Of a stretch of DNA of 64,000 bases, positions 49,393 to 63,158 are shown piece after piece. Where the stretch lies: the NCBI GenBank assembly GCA_052327205.1, contig CM126211.1, positions 119,350,001-119,414,000 of the forward strand, read 5' to 3'. The position numbers and the translations under genes are program-made. The notes beneath the pieces were generated by a model. The model made no database searches, had not been told where the DNA came from, and saw only the letters and a list, made by a program, of their open reading frames with translations. Each line of letters opens with the position of its first letter. The first letter of the stretch is position 1. This DNA is from Somniosus microcephalus (lineage: Eukaryota).

Positions 49393-50689
49393 ACCTATAT
49401 CCAATGTCAGACACAATACAACGATACTAGCACTATCAAACTCCATGTGCTCAGGCCAAGGCAATTGAGTACCTATCACCAATGTCAGACATAACAGAAT
49501 GCCTTTGCTTCGCCACTGATCGCAAATTCCAGCCACTTTAATCTCAGCAATTGGAGTGAGTCCTTATCGTTACCCCCAATTGTCTCTTGCAGTTATGAAA
49601 GGCAACAAATTTCCATCTGCCACAGTAAAATTGTTTTATGAGCCTGTAAAAAGGAGTGATTGCAACTATCCTCCATTGGTTCAGAAATCAAGGCATGAAG
49701 GAAGTAAACTTGTAACTCATCACCCCCACTGACATAAAAAGGCCTGCAAAATGGAAAAGGGAACCTCGAACCCCCTCCACTGAGATGAAAATCAGTGTTT
49801 TTAGGAGGGAAGAGGAGCCCACTGAAACCACTCTTCCCTTCCCGCTAAGAGTTTCACTGCCTTTGCCCCACCCCCGCCCCACATCCTCATTTTTCTTGCA
49901 TCCCATTGCCCCCGTCCGATTCCCCCCCACCCTTCCCCCCTCTGCCTTAGCCCCTCCCCATCTCTCCAAGTCTCTTCCTCCCTCCATTTCTCTCTTCCTC
50001 CCTCTCTCCTGGCCTCCTTCCCCTTCTCCCTCCTCTGTTGGAGTCCAATCATTTCCCCATTCTCTAACCCCACTTGATCCAAATACTGCAATTGGTCTTG
50101 ACATCCCGTTTGCAATGCCATGGGAGATCAATTAGTACATTAAAAGTCTTGCGTATGATGAACACTTCCGGTCTACAAATCTTACTTCCTGTGTCACTAA
50201 TTTCACAACTACAACTTTCTGAAAAAGGGAAGAGGAGCCCACTGAAACCATAATTGAACAATAAAGATCAGTGAGGGGCAATCTCCTGAGGCAATACACA
50301 TGGGCGGTGGGTGGGATTCTCACTTCGTGCCAACGTTGAGCAGCGCCCAATGTCCTTGCCTTCTAGAAGCCCAAGCCAATTTGAGGGCCTCATTTCCATT
50401 TGATCAGTGATCTGCAAGCGCTAAACCAGTGCTAACAGGCAATCAGGGTGGGTGGCAACTTCCACAGAATTAATGGGGTGAACGGAGTGGGGAGGATGTG
50501 GACGGCCAGCAGTGAGTGGCAAGATTGTTGTGGTACCAGGAGGAGCATTCATGAGCAAGACCCCTATAAAGGACCACTGGTTATGCTGCTTAATGCATGG
50601 TGCCAATGGCGGAGCATGCACGGCACATACTTTACTCACTGGTATCCGCAACTTGCACTCAACATTTCAGCAGTATAGGGGACCTCAAT

Positions 50690-51796
50690 TAGCATGTTAA
50701 AAGTAGCCTCCCGTCTGATGTAAGGATGTAGTGGTGCTGCCTGGTATGAGGAATACAAATATGCCAAAAGACTTGAAAAACTGGGGCAGTTATTGTTAGA
50801 GCAGAAGAGATTAAGGGATGATTTTCTGGAAGTGTTTAAAATTATGAAGGGATGGGACAAAATACATTGAAACAGACTGTTTCCAGTGGTTGAGTGGGTC
50901 TAGAACAGGACATAGATATAAGATTAAAGCAGGTAGTTCAAAGAGGAGGATGTAGGGTTGGGATATTTCCATTTGGATTCTCCCGCTTGCCTGATATGAC
51001 TTTGTTTATGCTGTTTTTCAGGGGTTACGGCGGAGAATCAAGAGAACCCCCGTGGAAATTCATCCCTGTGGACTGAAGAAATTATAACGGGAAAAGATTG
51101 ACACCAAAAATGTGGCAAGTACTTAATAACAGGAAGTTAAGTGGTACAGACAGGAAGTGTACGCATTTGTATCATGCAACTACTAGGATGGTAGAAGAGA
51201 AACTACATGGACCATGGTATTTGTTTTGTCATGCAATTCCTACAAGTGTATCAATATATTAGATAAATATTAAATCTGTGTGCGAAGGATATTTACTATC
51301 AATTTCTGGTATAGAATCATAGAGATTTACAGCACAGAAGCAGGCCATTTGACCCATCACATCTTTGCCAACTCTTTGCTAAAGCAATCCAAAACTAATC
51401 TCACCAACCTACACTCTCCTCAAAGTCATGTATGCAATTTTCCCTTAAAATATGTCATGGTCTCAACCACTTGCTATGGCAAAGGATTCTATGCTCCACC
51501 AATTATGTGCGTAAAGAAATTTCTCCTAACCTCTTCCTCACTCCAACTGATAATTTAAAATGAATGACCCTCATCACTGACAAACCAGAGAAATGCTTCC
51601 ACTAAATCTCCTCTTAGCCCTCTCTGCTTCAATGAAATGATTCCAGTTTCTGATGTCTGTCCTCAAAGCTATAGATACCCATTCTTAGCATCTTAGTGAA
51701 CCCTGGCTGTACAATCTCTATGGCTTGAATGTTATTTCTATAATAGGTTACCTAAAACTACACACAGTTTTTTAAGTGTGGCCTAACCAATGTTTT
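50690..51796. mobile_element. Old CR1 3' fragments (about 50690-50950 +, about 51310-51796 -)
   Basis: YAKRLEKLG..LEQKRLRDDFLEVFKIMKG remnant; reverse CR1 tail ATAGAATCATAGA. Confidence 0.55.
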
Positions 51797-51836
51797 ATAC
51801 AAATTCATCATCACTTCTTACGCTTTTATTGCATGC

Positions 51837-53128
51837 TCAAAGTCGGCTGCCCCCAAAAGTTTGTCACTATCCTCCGCCTGCTTCACGACAAACTGCAAGC
51901 CATGATCCTGACCAACGGATCCACCACAGACCCAATTCACGTACGGACCGGGGTCAAACAAGGTTGTGTCATCGCACCAACGCTCTTCTCGATCTTCCTT
52001 GCTGCAATGCTCCATCTCACCCTCAGTAACCTCCCCACTGGAGTGGAGCTAATCTACAGAACAAAAGGGAAACTGTTCAACCTCCGTCACCTCCAGTCCA
52101 GATCCTAGGTCGTCCCATCCTCTGTCATCAAATTACATTATGCAGATGATGCTTGCATCTGCACTCACTCGGATGTCGAACTCCAAACCATCGTCAACAC
52201 CTTCCCCGAAGCGTATGAGAGCATGGGCCTTACACTAAACATCCGTAAGACTAAGGTCCTCTACCAACCTGCCCCCGCCACACAGTACTGCTCCCCGATT
52301 ATCAAAATCCACAATGAGGCCTTGGACAACGGGGACCACTTTCCATACCTCGGGATTCTACTGTCAACAAGGGCAGACATCGATGATGAAGTCCAACACC
52401 GCCTTCAGTGTGCCAGTGCAGCCTTTGGTCGCCTGAGGAAGAGTGTGTTTGAAGACCAGGACCTCAAACCCAGCACCAAGCTCATGGTCTACAGAACAGT
52501 AGTGATTCCCGCCCTCCTGTATGCTTCAGAGACATGTACAGCAGGCACCTCAAAGCACTGGAGAGGTACCACCAACGCTGCCTCTGCAATATCCTGCAAA
52601 TCCAATGGCAGGATAGACGTACCAACGTCAGTGTTCTCGCTCAGACCAACACCCCCAGCATCGAAGCTTTGACACGCTCGATCAGCTCCGATGGAAGAGC
52701 CACATTGTCCGCATGCCTGATACGAGCCTCCCAAAACAAGCACTCTACTCGGAGTTCCGACACAGCAGGAGAGCCCCAGGTGGGCAGAGGAAATGCTTCA
52801 AGGACACCCTCAAAGCCTCCTTGAAAAAGTGCAACATCCCCACCGACACCTGGGAATCCCTGGCCCAAGACAGCTCAAAGTGGAGGAGAAGCATCCGGGA
52901 AGACATCGAATACCTCGAGTCTCTTCGCTGGGAGCAAGCGGAAGCCAAGCGCAAACAGCAGAAGGAGCGCACGTCAACCCAAGCACCCCACCCACCCGCC
53001 CCTTCAACCACCATCTGCCCCACCTGTGACAAAGACTGTAGGTCCCGCATTGGACTCATCAGTCACCTGAGAACTCATTTTTAGCGTGGAAGCAAGTCTT
53101 CCTCAGTTCCGAGGGACTGCCTAAGAAG
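51837..53128 (+). mobile_element. 5'-truncated RTE LINE with 40-bp TSD
   Basis: GVKQGCVIAPTLF, YADD, C2H2 end and AAGAAG tail; flanks 51797-51836 and 53129-53168 are duplicated. Confidence 0.92.
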
Positions 53129-56100
53129 ATACAAATTCAACATCACTTCTTATTCTTTTATTGCATGCCCCTATTTATAAAACATTAAGGGTACAGTAAC
53201 ATACTGGACTAGTAATACAGAGAACGTGCTATCTGTTAAATCTGGATATCTTTAGGTAGTGTGTCCTTCAAATAATCGACAGAGGCTGCAGATAACAATC
53301 AACAGGTGTTTACTGGATGAGGGTTGCTCTAAAACTAAGCAGTACAGATCCCTACTCAGGGTTATATACAGGCGTGGTCACTGCCGGTACTACAGTATAC
53401 AGGAGCTGTAAAAAGTAGTTCTCCCCTTAAAGGTACATACACTACAATTCCTCCCCATTTAGATTAACAGTACCATAACATTCATTTAACAAATAACACT
53501 TTTAACATGCAACATTAACTGAAAATAGTCCATTTATAAATTCAGTCTTTGGGGTGGCTTCCTGATCCTTTCTGGATAGTGCCTTTCCTGAGTGTCTTGC
53601 TCTTGGTGCGGAGGCTATTCTGGCCACCTGTCGTCGGTTGGTTCATCAGCTTCCGATGCTACTGTTTCTGGGGTAGATGCTACCTGTATGTCGGGTTCAT
53701 TACCAGGTACGCGAGACATGGGGTTGACTCGTTCCTGTGACGCTAGGATCTGGTCGACATGGCGTCTCACAATGTTCTCCCCAACATCCACTGTGTACAT
53801 TAGTGGCCCCTGCCGTGTGCATATCATTCCTGGTTGCCATTTCTCTGTTCGGTAGTCGCGGGCCAAGACTGGTTGCCCTACATTGAAGCTCCTTGTCGGC
53901 TTCTCATTGAAGTGCTGGAATTGCTTATTCTCAACATTTCTTCGTACAATTGGTCTGAGCAAATCCAGACGAGATCTCAACCTTCGGTTAAAGAACATCA
54001 TGGCCGGGGTCTGGTTGGTAACTGCATGTGTCGCATTTCTGTAGGCTAACAGGAAATTGTCCACCTTATGCTGCAATGGAATGTCGTCATCGCACATGGC
54101 CCTTACTGCCTTTTTAAAGGTTTGTACGAACCTCTCAGCCAATCCATTTGTGGCTGGATGATACGGGGCGGATGTGTAATGCCTTACCCCATTCCTTTTC
54201 ATAAATTTCCGAAACTCTTCGGACACAAACTGTGGTCCGTTATCAGAGCAAATCTGCTCTGGCAGGCCGTTCCTGGCAAATATGGTCCGTAGGACTGCAA
54301 TCGTTTTCTCCGTGGTGGTGGAGGACATTTTGATCACCTCAGGCCATTTTGAGTGCGCATCCACGGCTATTAAAAACATTGAGTCCATGAATTGACCAGC
54401 AAAATCAATATGCACCCATTGCCATGGAGAGGAGGGCCACTCCCATGGGTGTAGAGGGGCATGTGGTGGTGCATTTTGGACCTTCTACATCCTGAGCAGC
54501 TCTTTGTCAGGTCCTCGATTTGCTGATCGATCCCCGGCCAGCACACATAAGCCCTAGCAAGGCTTTTCATTTTCACCCCTCCCAGATGGCCTTCGTGAAG
54601 CTCATTGAGCACTCTCTCCCTTAACTTGGGTGGAATTACCACTCAGGATCCACACATCAAGGTCCCCTGGCATACTGACAGCTGTTCTCTTCTGGATGAG
54701 AATGCTGGCAACAGTGAGTCGCCATGTGTTGGCCATCCCTTCACATATACCCGAGACAGTGTCGGGTCATTTCGGGTCTCCTTCTCTATATCCGCGTTAG
54801 TTACTGGCAAGCGTTCAATTATAGACGAATAAAATATTTCGACAGGGTCCACTGCTGGTGCTTCCTCCACAGTAGGCAGTGGCAGGCATGATAGCCCATC
54901 AGCGTTTCCATGCTGTTTCGTGCCCTTATACTCTATTTCATATTGGTTCGCCCCTAGAAAAAGGGAACATTTTTGTAGCCATTGCACAGTCATCACCGGA
55001 ACGCCCTTCTTTGGATTAAAGATGGAGACCAGTGGTTGGTGGTCAGTCAGCAAGGTGAACTTCTGCCCGTGCAGATAGTGGTTGAACTTTTTCACTCCCC
55101 ACACTAGGCTGAGGGCCTCCCTGTCAATCTGGGCGTAGTTACGCTCGGCTGAGGTTAGTGACCGAGACGCAAAGGCTACTGGCCTCTCTGAGACGTCCGG
55201 GAATTTGTGCGACAGCACCGCTCCAATACCATAGGGTGATGCATCACACGCCAACCGAATTGGTAGTGCTGGGTTGAAATGAGCCAACACCTCTTTTGAT
55301 GTGATCAATTCTTTGCACTTCTGGAAAGCTCATTTACATTCGTCATTCCACTTCCATGGTACCCCCGTTTGCAGTAGGGTGTTCAGTGGGTGTAGTACTG
55401 TAGACAAATTCGGCAAGAACTTATGGTAGTAGTTCACCAGCCCGAGGAACGACCTCAGTTGTGACACATTTTCCGGTGCTGGAGCCTTGACTACTGCCTC
55501 AATCTTTTCAGGGGACTTATGTAACCCCTCTTCATCAATAACGTGGCCACAATACGAGATCTGCTTCTGGGAAAACTCGCATTTGTGGCGATTAGCTCGG
55601 AGCCCATATTCCTTCAATCTAGTGAGCACCTGCTCCAGGTTGGCGAGGTGATCACTGTCATTTTCGCCCGTGACCAGGATGTCGTCCAAATAACACTGGG
55701 TCCCTGGAATCCCTTGCAGGACTTGATCCATTGCCCTTTGCCAAATATCCAGAGTTGATGCTACCCCGAACACCAGCCGATTGTATTGGTAGAGACCTTT
55801 ATGAGTGTTGATCGTGAGGTACTGTTTCGAGGCTTCCTCTACCTCCATTTGCAGGTACGCCTGGGCCAGATCAATCTTAGTGAAGCGTTTTCCTCCAGAT
55901 AGTGAGGCGAAAATATCTTCAATCCGCGGAAGCGGATATTGTACCGTGTGAAGGACTGGGTTCACTGTCACCTTAAAGTCCCCACAGATGCGAATCTTCT
56001 TTGGTTCCCCAGGTGTATTACTCAACGACCTCTTCATTACAGGAATGATGGGTGTAGCCCACTCGCTCCAGTCCACTTTGGACAGTACTCCAGAACGTTC

Positions 56101-56984
56101 CAAACCTTCCAGCTCTGCTTCGACGGCTGGGCGGATCGCATAAGGCACCGGTCTGGCCTTAAAAAACTTTGGGCTTGCATTTTCCTCTATGTTGATCGTT
56201 GCTGTTATGCCTTTTAGTGTTCCGAGTCCCTCCTGGAACACTTCTTGTGCATCAGTTAGCATTTTTGACAGTCGTCCATGTAGTGTATGTACCTTTAAGA
56301 GAGAACTACTTTTACAGCTCCTGTATACTGTAGTACCGGCAGTGACCACACCTGTATATAAGCATTGAGCAGGCATCTGTACTGTTAGTCTTTAGACTAC
56401 CCTCCTCCAGTAAACACCTGTTGATTGTTAATCTACAGCCTCCGTCTAGTTATTGAAGAACACCATACCTTAAGATTTACGGATTCAACAGTGGCGACGA
56501 GGTCGATTCGAATCTACCTGCAACTCTGCATTTCCTTCAAAGGATTCGCTCCGGGAGGACGGTGGAAGAAAGTCGAAGCCAGAAGCATGGGCGTCGACCA
56601 CGAGCAACTGCCCAGTCATCCGGCAGAGAGAGTGAACATCGCAGGGGAGGCTGTTGAGAGCTGGGCTTGGTTCCCCAGCCACGACGATCCAGCAACAGAC
56701 TGGCAACAGGTACAGCGCAGGCCCTTCCCGGACAGCGGCAGCTGGAGCCGACCAACGGCACAGAAAAGGGCGAGCAGCGTCGACGGGGTAAGAGAGAGGG
56801 TAGAGCGCACAGGGCGCAGCCGGGGGTTGAAGACCGAGCGGCGTCAACGGAAAACAAAAAGAATGAGAGGGTAAAGCACAGCCGGGGTTCAGGACCGAGC
56901 TGCGGCAACGAGAGAGGCGCACAGGAGAACGCGCAGAGCGCAGCCAGGGCTCAAGGGCAGAGCAGCATCCGCGGGGAAAGAAAG

Positions 56985-57187
56985 GGAGCGCGGGAGACGC
57001 CATTTGAGCCATGGAGAAGAAGGGAGAGCGCGCCATTTGAGCCGCGGAGAAGAAGGGAGAGCGCGGGAGACGCCATTTTTGAAGCCGCAGCGGAGAAGAA
57101 GGGCGAGCGCGGGAAGAAAGGAAAGCGCAGGAGACGCCATTTTGAGCCAGCGGAGAAGAAGGGAGAGCGCGGGAGACGCCATTTTAG
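56985..57187 (+). repeat. Tandem repeats in Gypsy B leader
   Basis: About 5 variants of AGCGCGGGAGACGCCATTTGAGCC..GGAGAAGAAGGGAG just upstream of the gag ATG. Confidence 0.85.
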
Positions 57188-57208
57188 AAAGTCTAACCAC
57201 ACCCAGGG

Positions 57209-60200
57209 ATGCCGAAGAGTGGCAGTGTCACTGCATTCGACAATGAAGTCGAAGAGTGGGCGACATATGTGGAATGCATTGAGGTGTACTGCAAGGCGAA
57301 TGAAGTGCCAGATGCCAGGAAAGCACTGGTTTTGTTGAATTCCATGGGTGCAAAAATGTATGGCTTACTGCGAAACCTAATAACCCCAGAGAAGCCAGTG
57401 GATAAGGATTTCAAAAGCATAGTGGAAATCCTACAGGACCAGTTAAACCCCACACCGCTGCTGATAGCAGAAAGATTTAAGTTCCACAAAGGGAACCAGC
57501 AGAAAGACGAAAGTAATGCTGAGTATTTAACGGAACTGCGCAAGCTATCGAAACACTGCCAGTTTGGAATGGGACTAGCAGATACGTTAAGGGACAAGTT
57601 TGTGTGTGGGCTTCAAAGTGAAGGAACCCAGAAACGGCTTCTATCAGAAAAGCATCTTACGCTGGACAAGGCTTTCAGCATGGCAGTATCACATGAAGCA
57701 GCCACATGGGGCGCTGTAGAGATACAACGGAGACCGCAAGAATATGGCACCAATGAAATGTCATATGGAGCAGGGAAGTGCTATCGCTGCGGCAGAACAA
57801 CACACGACCAGAAGGATTGTTGGTTCAAAGACCAAGTGTGCAGACAGTGTGGAAAAGCAGGACACATAGCAAGAGTCTGCAGGTCAGGGAAGAAAACCAG
57901 CAGCAAGAAATCTCCACAGGAGAAGTACAAAAAGGTACATAAGGTGACGGAGAGTAGTTCAGACGAACAGAAAAGTGATACAGACTCCGGAAGCAAGGAG
58001 CTGGGTTGTCTGAAACATAATGTAATCAAAATGGAGGATCACCAGACTATCTGGGTCACGCTCAAGATAGACGGAGTCCAAGTGAAAATGGAATTGGAAA
58101 CAGGATCAGCCCTAACAGTCATAAACCGAAGGGACTACAAGCGGCTATTCTCACACATACCCTTGAAAGCTACAGAGATTGTCTTGAAGACGTACATGGG
58201 GCAAAAAGTCTACCCCAAAGGAAAAATAAGGGTGAACGTGATATACAAAGGCCAGGAAATACCTAAAATGGACCTATATATATTGCCAGATGGAGGACCA
58301 CCAATACTAGGACGTGAATGGATCCGGAAGATACAATTAGATTGGCATTCCATACAGGCACTGAAGGTTGAGGCCAAAAAGGATGACAACGTCACACCTG
58401 GACGACTGTCAAAAATGCAAACTGACGCAAAAGAAGTGTTCCAGGAGGGACTCGGAACACTAAAAGGCATAACAGCGACGATTAAAATAGAGGAAAATGC
58501 AAGCCCAAAGTTTTTTTAAGGCCAGACCGGTGCCTTATGCGATCCGACCAGCCGTAGAAGCAGAGCTGGAAGGTTTGGAACATTCAGGAGTACTGTCCAA
58601 AGTGGACTGGAGCAAGTGGGCTACACCCATCGTTCCTGTAATGAAGAGGTCGTTGAGCAATACGCCTGGGGAACCAAAGAAGGTCCGCATCTGTGGGGAT
58701 TTTAAGGTGACAGTGAACCCAGTTCTTCACACGGTACAATATCCGCTTCCACGGATTGAAGATATTTTCGCCTTGCTATCTGGAGGTAAACGCTTCTCTA
58801 ACATTGATCTGGACCAGGCGTACCTGCAAATGGAGGTAGAAGAAGCCTCGAAACAATACCTCACGATCAACACTCATAAAGGTCTCTACCAATACAACCG
58901 GCTGGTGTTCGGGGTAGCATCAGCTCCGGCTATTTGGCAAAGGGCAATGGATCAAGTCCGGCAAAGGATTTCAGGGACCCAGTGTTATTTGGACGACATC
59001 CTGGTCACGGGCGAAAATGACAGTGATCACCTCGCCAACCTGGAGAAGGTGCGCACTAGATTAAAGGAATATGGGCTATGAGCTAATCGCCACAAGTGCG
59101 AGTTTTTCCAGAAGTAGATCTCGTATTGTGGCCACGTTATTGATGAAGAGGGGTTACATAAGTCCCCTGAAAAGATTGAGGCAGTAGTCAAGGTTCCAGC
59201 ACCGGAAAATGTGTCACAACTGAGGTCGTTCCTCGGGCTGGTGAACTACTACCATAAGTTCTTACCAAATTTGTCTACAGTATTACACCCACTGAACACG
59301 CTACTGCAACAGGGGGTACCATGGAAGTGGAATGACGAATGTAAACGAGCTTTCCAGAAGTGCAAAGAATTGATCACATCAAAAGAGGTGTTGGCCCATT
59401 TCAACCCAGCACCACCAATTCGGTTGGCGTGTGATGCATCACCCTATGGCATTGGAGCGGTGCTGTCGCACAATTTCCCAGACGGGTTGGAGAGGCCAGT
59501 AGCTTTTGCGTCTCGGTCACTAACCTCAGCCGAGCGCAACTACGTCCAGATTGACAGGGAGGCCCTCAGCCTAGTATGGGGAGTAAAAAAATTCAACCAC
59601 TATCTGCATGGGCAGAAGTTCACCTTGCTGACTGACCACCAACCACTTGTCTCCATCTTTAATCCAAAGAAGGGCGTTCCGGTGATGACTGCACAACGGC
59701 TACAAAGATGGTCCTTTTTTCTAGAGTATAAGGGCACGAAACAGCATGGAAACGCTGATGGGCTATCACGCCTGCCACTGCCTACTGTGGAGGAAGCACC
59801 AGCAGTGGACCCTATCGAAATATTTTATTCGTCGATAATTGAACGCTTGCCAGTAACTAACACGGATACAGAGAAGGAGACCCGAAATGATCCGACACTG
59901 TCTCGGGTATATGATTTGACGGTGAAGGGATGGCCAACATATGGCGACTCACTGTTGCCAACATTCTCATCCAGAAGAGAACAGCTGTCAGTATGCCAGG
60001 GGACAGTGATGTGTGGATCCCGAGTGGTAATTCCACCCAAGTTAAGGGAGAGAGTGCTCAATGAGCTTCACGAAGGCCATCTGGGAGGGGTGAAAATGAA
60101 AAGCCTTGCTAGGGCTTATGTGTGGTGGCCGGGGATCGATCAACAAATCGAGGACCTAACAAAGAGCTGCTCAGGATGCCAGAAGGTCCAAAATGCACCA

Positions 60201-63158
60201 CCACATGCCCCTCTACACCCATGGGAGTGGCCCTCCTCTCCATGGCAATGGGTACATATTGATTTTGCTGGTCCATTCATGGACTCAATGTTTTTAATAG
60301 CAGTGGATGTGCACTCGAAATGGCCTGAGGTGATCAAAATGTCCTCCACCACTACAGAGAGAACGATTGCAGTCCTACGGACCATATTTGCCAGGAACGG
60401 CTTGCCAGAGCAGATTTGCTCTGATAACGGACCACAGTTTGTGTCCGAAGAGTTTCGGAAATTTATGAGAAGGAATGGGGTAAGGCATTACACATCCGCC
60501 CCGTATCATCCAGCCACAAATGGATTGGCTGAGAGGTTCGTACAAACCTTTAAAAAGGCAATAAGGGCCATGTGCGATGATGACATTCCACTACAGCATA
60601 AGGTGGACAATTTCCTGTTAGCCTACAGAAATGCGACACATGCAGTTACCAACCAGACCCCGGCCATGATGTTCTTTAACCGAAGGTTGAGATCTCATCT
60701 GGATTTGCTCAGACCAAATGTGCGAAGAAATGTTAAAACAGATAAAAAATATAAAAACAGATAGTAAGAGTTTTTAGAGTTATATAAAAAGAAAAAGGGT
60801 GGCTAAAGTAAATGTTGGTCCCTTAGAGGATGAGACCGGGAAATTAATGGTGGGAAATATGGAGATGGCAAAAACACTGAATGAATATTTTATATCAGTC
60901 TTTACAGTAGAAGACACTAAGAATATCCCAACACTGGACAAACAGGGGGCTAAAGGGGGGAGCAGCTAAACACGATCAAAATCACTAAGGAAGTGGTACT
61001 CGGTAAAATAATGGGACTCAAGGTGGATAAATCACCTGGACCTGATGGCTTACATCCTAGGGTCTTGAGGGAAGTGGCGGTAGGGATTGTGGATGCACTG
61101 GTAATAATTTTCCAAAACTCCCTGGACTCGGCAAAGGTCCCGGCAGACTGGAAAACTGCTAATGTAACACTCTTATTTAAAAAGGGCAGTAGACAGAAGG
61201 CTGGAAACTGTAGACTGGTTAGCCTAACATCTGTGGTAGGTAAAATTTTGGAGTCCATTATTAAGGAGACAGTAACAGGACATTTGGATAATCATAATTT
61301 AATAGGACAAAGTCAGCATGGTTTTATGAAGGGGAAGTCATGTTTGACAAATTTGCTGGAGCTCTTTGAGGAAGTAACATATAGGGTGGATAAAGGGGAA
61401 CCAGTGGACGTAGTGTATTTAGACTTCCAAAAGGCATTTGACAAGGTGCCACACAAAAGATTATTGCTTAAGATAAAAAATCACGGGATTGGGGGTAATA
61501 TTCTGGCATGGATAGAGGATTGGCTATCTAACAGAAGGCAGAGAGTTGGGATAAATGGTTCATTCTCAGACTGGCAATCAGTAACTAGTGGTGTTCCACA
61601 GGGGTCAGTGCTGGGTCCCCAACTCTTTACAATCTATATTAACGATTTGGAGGAGGGGACCGAGTGTAACATATCAAAGTTTGCAGATGATACTAAGATG
61701 GGAGGGAAAGTAGTGAGTGAGGAGGACATAAAAAACCTACAAGGGGACATAGACAGGCTAAATAAGTGGGCAGAGATTTGGCAGATGGAATACAATACTG
61801 GAAAGTGTGAGGTTATGCACTTTGGCAGGAAAAATCGTAGAGCAAGTTATTATCTTAATGGCAAGAAACTGGAAAGTACTGAAGTACAAAGGGATCTGGG
61901 GGTCCTGGTGCACGAAACTCAAAAGGTTAGTATGCAGGTGCAGCAAGTGATTAAGAGGGCCAATGGAATGTTGGCTTTCATTGCTAGAGGGATAGAAAAT
62001 AAAAATTGGGAGGTATTGCTTCAATTGTACAAGGTATTGGTGAGACCGCACCTGGAATACTGCGTACAGTTTTGGTGTCCATACTTAAGAAAGGACATAC
62101 TTGCTCTCAAGTCAGTACAAAGAAGGTTCACTCGGTTAATCCCAGGGATGAGGGGATGGACATATGAGGAGAGGTTGAGTAGATTGGGACTCTACTCATT
62201 GGAGTTCAGAAGAATGAGAGGCGATCTTATTGAAACATATAAGATTGTGAAGGGGTTGGATCGGGTGGATGCGGGGAGGATGTTCCCGATGATGGGTGAA
62301 ACTAGAGCTAGGGGGCATAGTCTTAGAATAAGGGGCTGCTCTTTCAAAACTGAGATGAGGAGGAACTACTTCACTCAGGGGGTGGTAGGTCCATGGAATA
62401 TGCTGCCCCAAAAAGCTGTAGAAGCTACATCATTACATAAATTTAAAACAGAAATAGACAGTTTCCTAGAAGTAAAGGGAATTAAGGGTTACGGGGAGCA
62501 GGCAGGAATTTGGACATGAGTCTAGGTTCGGATCGGTCATGGCCCTGTGGGTAGCGGAGCGGGCCCAGGGGCCATGTAGCCTGATCCTGCTCCTATTTCG
62601 TGTGTCTAATTCTGTTAGATTCAGGAGATGGTTCTGTGATAGTGGATTGGCGGTTAGGATCAGATCAGCCATGATCTTATTGAATGGCGGAGCAGGCTCG
62701 AGGGGCCGATTGGCCTACTCCTGCTCCTATTTCTTATGTTCTTATGTTCTTATGTTATGTAGGATAAGCAATTCCAGCACATCAATGAGAAGCCGACAAG
62801 GAGCTTCAATGTAGGACAACCAGTCTTGGCCCGCGACTACCGAACAGAGAAATGGCAACCCGGAACGATATGCACACGGCAGGGGCCACTAATGTATACA
62901 GTGGATGTCGGGGAGAACATTGTGAGACGCCACGTCGACCAGATCCTAGCGTCACAGGAACGAGTCAACTCCATGTCTCGCGTACCTGGGGATGAACCCG
63001 ACATACCGGTAGCATCTACCCCAGAAACAGTAGCAGCGGAAACTGATGAACTAACTGACGAAAGGGGGCCAGAATCGTCTCCACACCAAGAACAAGACAC
63101 TCAGGAAAGGCGCTATCCAGAAAGGATCAGGAAGCCGCCGCAAAGACTGAATCTATAA
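57209..63158 (+). pseudogene. Gypsy B gag-pol, disrupted
   Basis: Two CCHC knuckles, LETGS protease variant, frameshift near 58515, stops at 59079 and about 59116, YLDD, integrase split by CR1. Confidence 0.9.
60734..62760 (+). mobile_element. 5'-truncated CR1 LINE inserted in the Gypsy B integrase
   Basis: Open RT ORF 60993-62519 (QGSVLGP, FADD) and (TTCTTATG)n tail; Gypsy frame RRNV|..KQFQH resumes after it. Confidence 0.93.

Larger units (their letters stand above)
44648..49496 (-). mobile_element. Full-length Gypsy LTR retrotransposon (family A)
   Basis: LTRs 44648-44853 and 48858-49496 (TG..CA), TSD GAATG, PBS TGGCGACGAGGATGG (matches tRNA-Ser GCU 3' end), PPT GAGGGGGGAGGAAA. Confidence 0.95.
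42014..49533. mobile_element. Non-autonomous DNA transposon sequence inflated by nested insertions (MITE, RTE, Gypsy)
   Basis: Ends GGGTGGGAATTTGCG / CGCAAATTCCAGCC. Pieces at 42014-42500, 43509-43765, 44558-44647 and 49497-49533 match the 4590-5157 family. Gaps obscure the middle, so this may be two copies. Confidence 0.6.

Noticed and set aside
50216-50250. Hammerhead ribozyme core (CTGAAAA...GAAAC)
   Set aside because: Does not match CUGAnGA, and I could not build the three stems.
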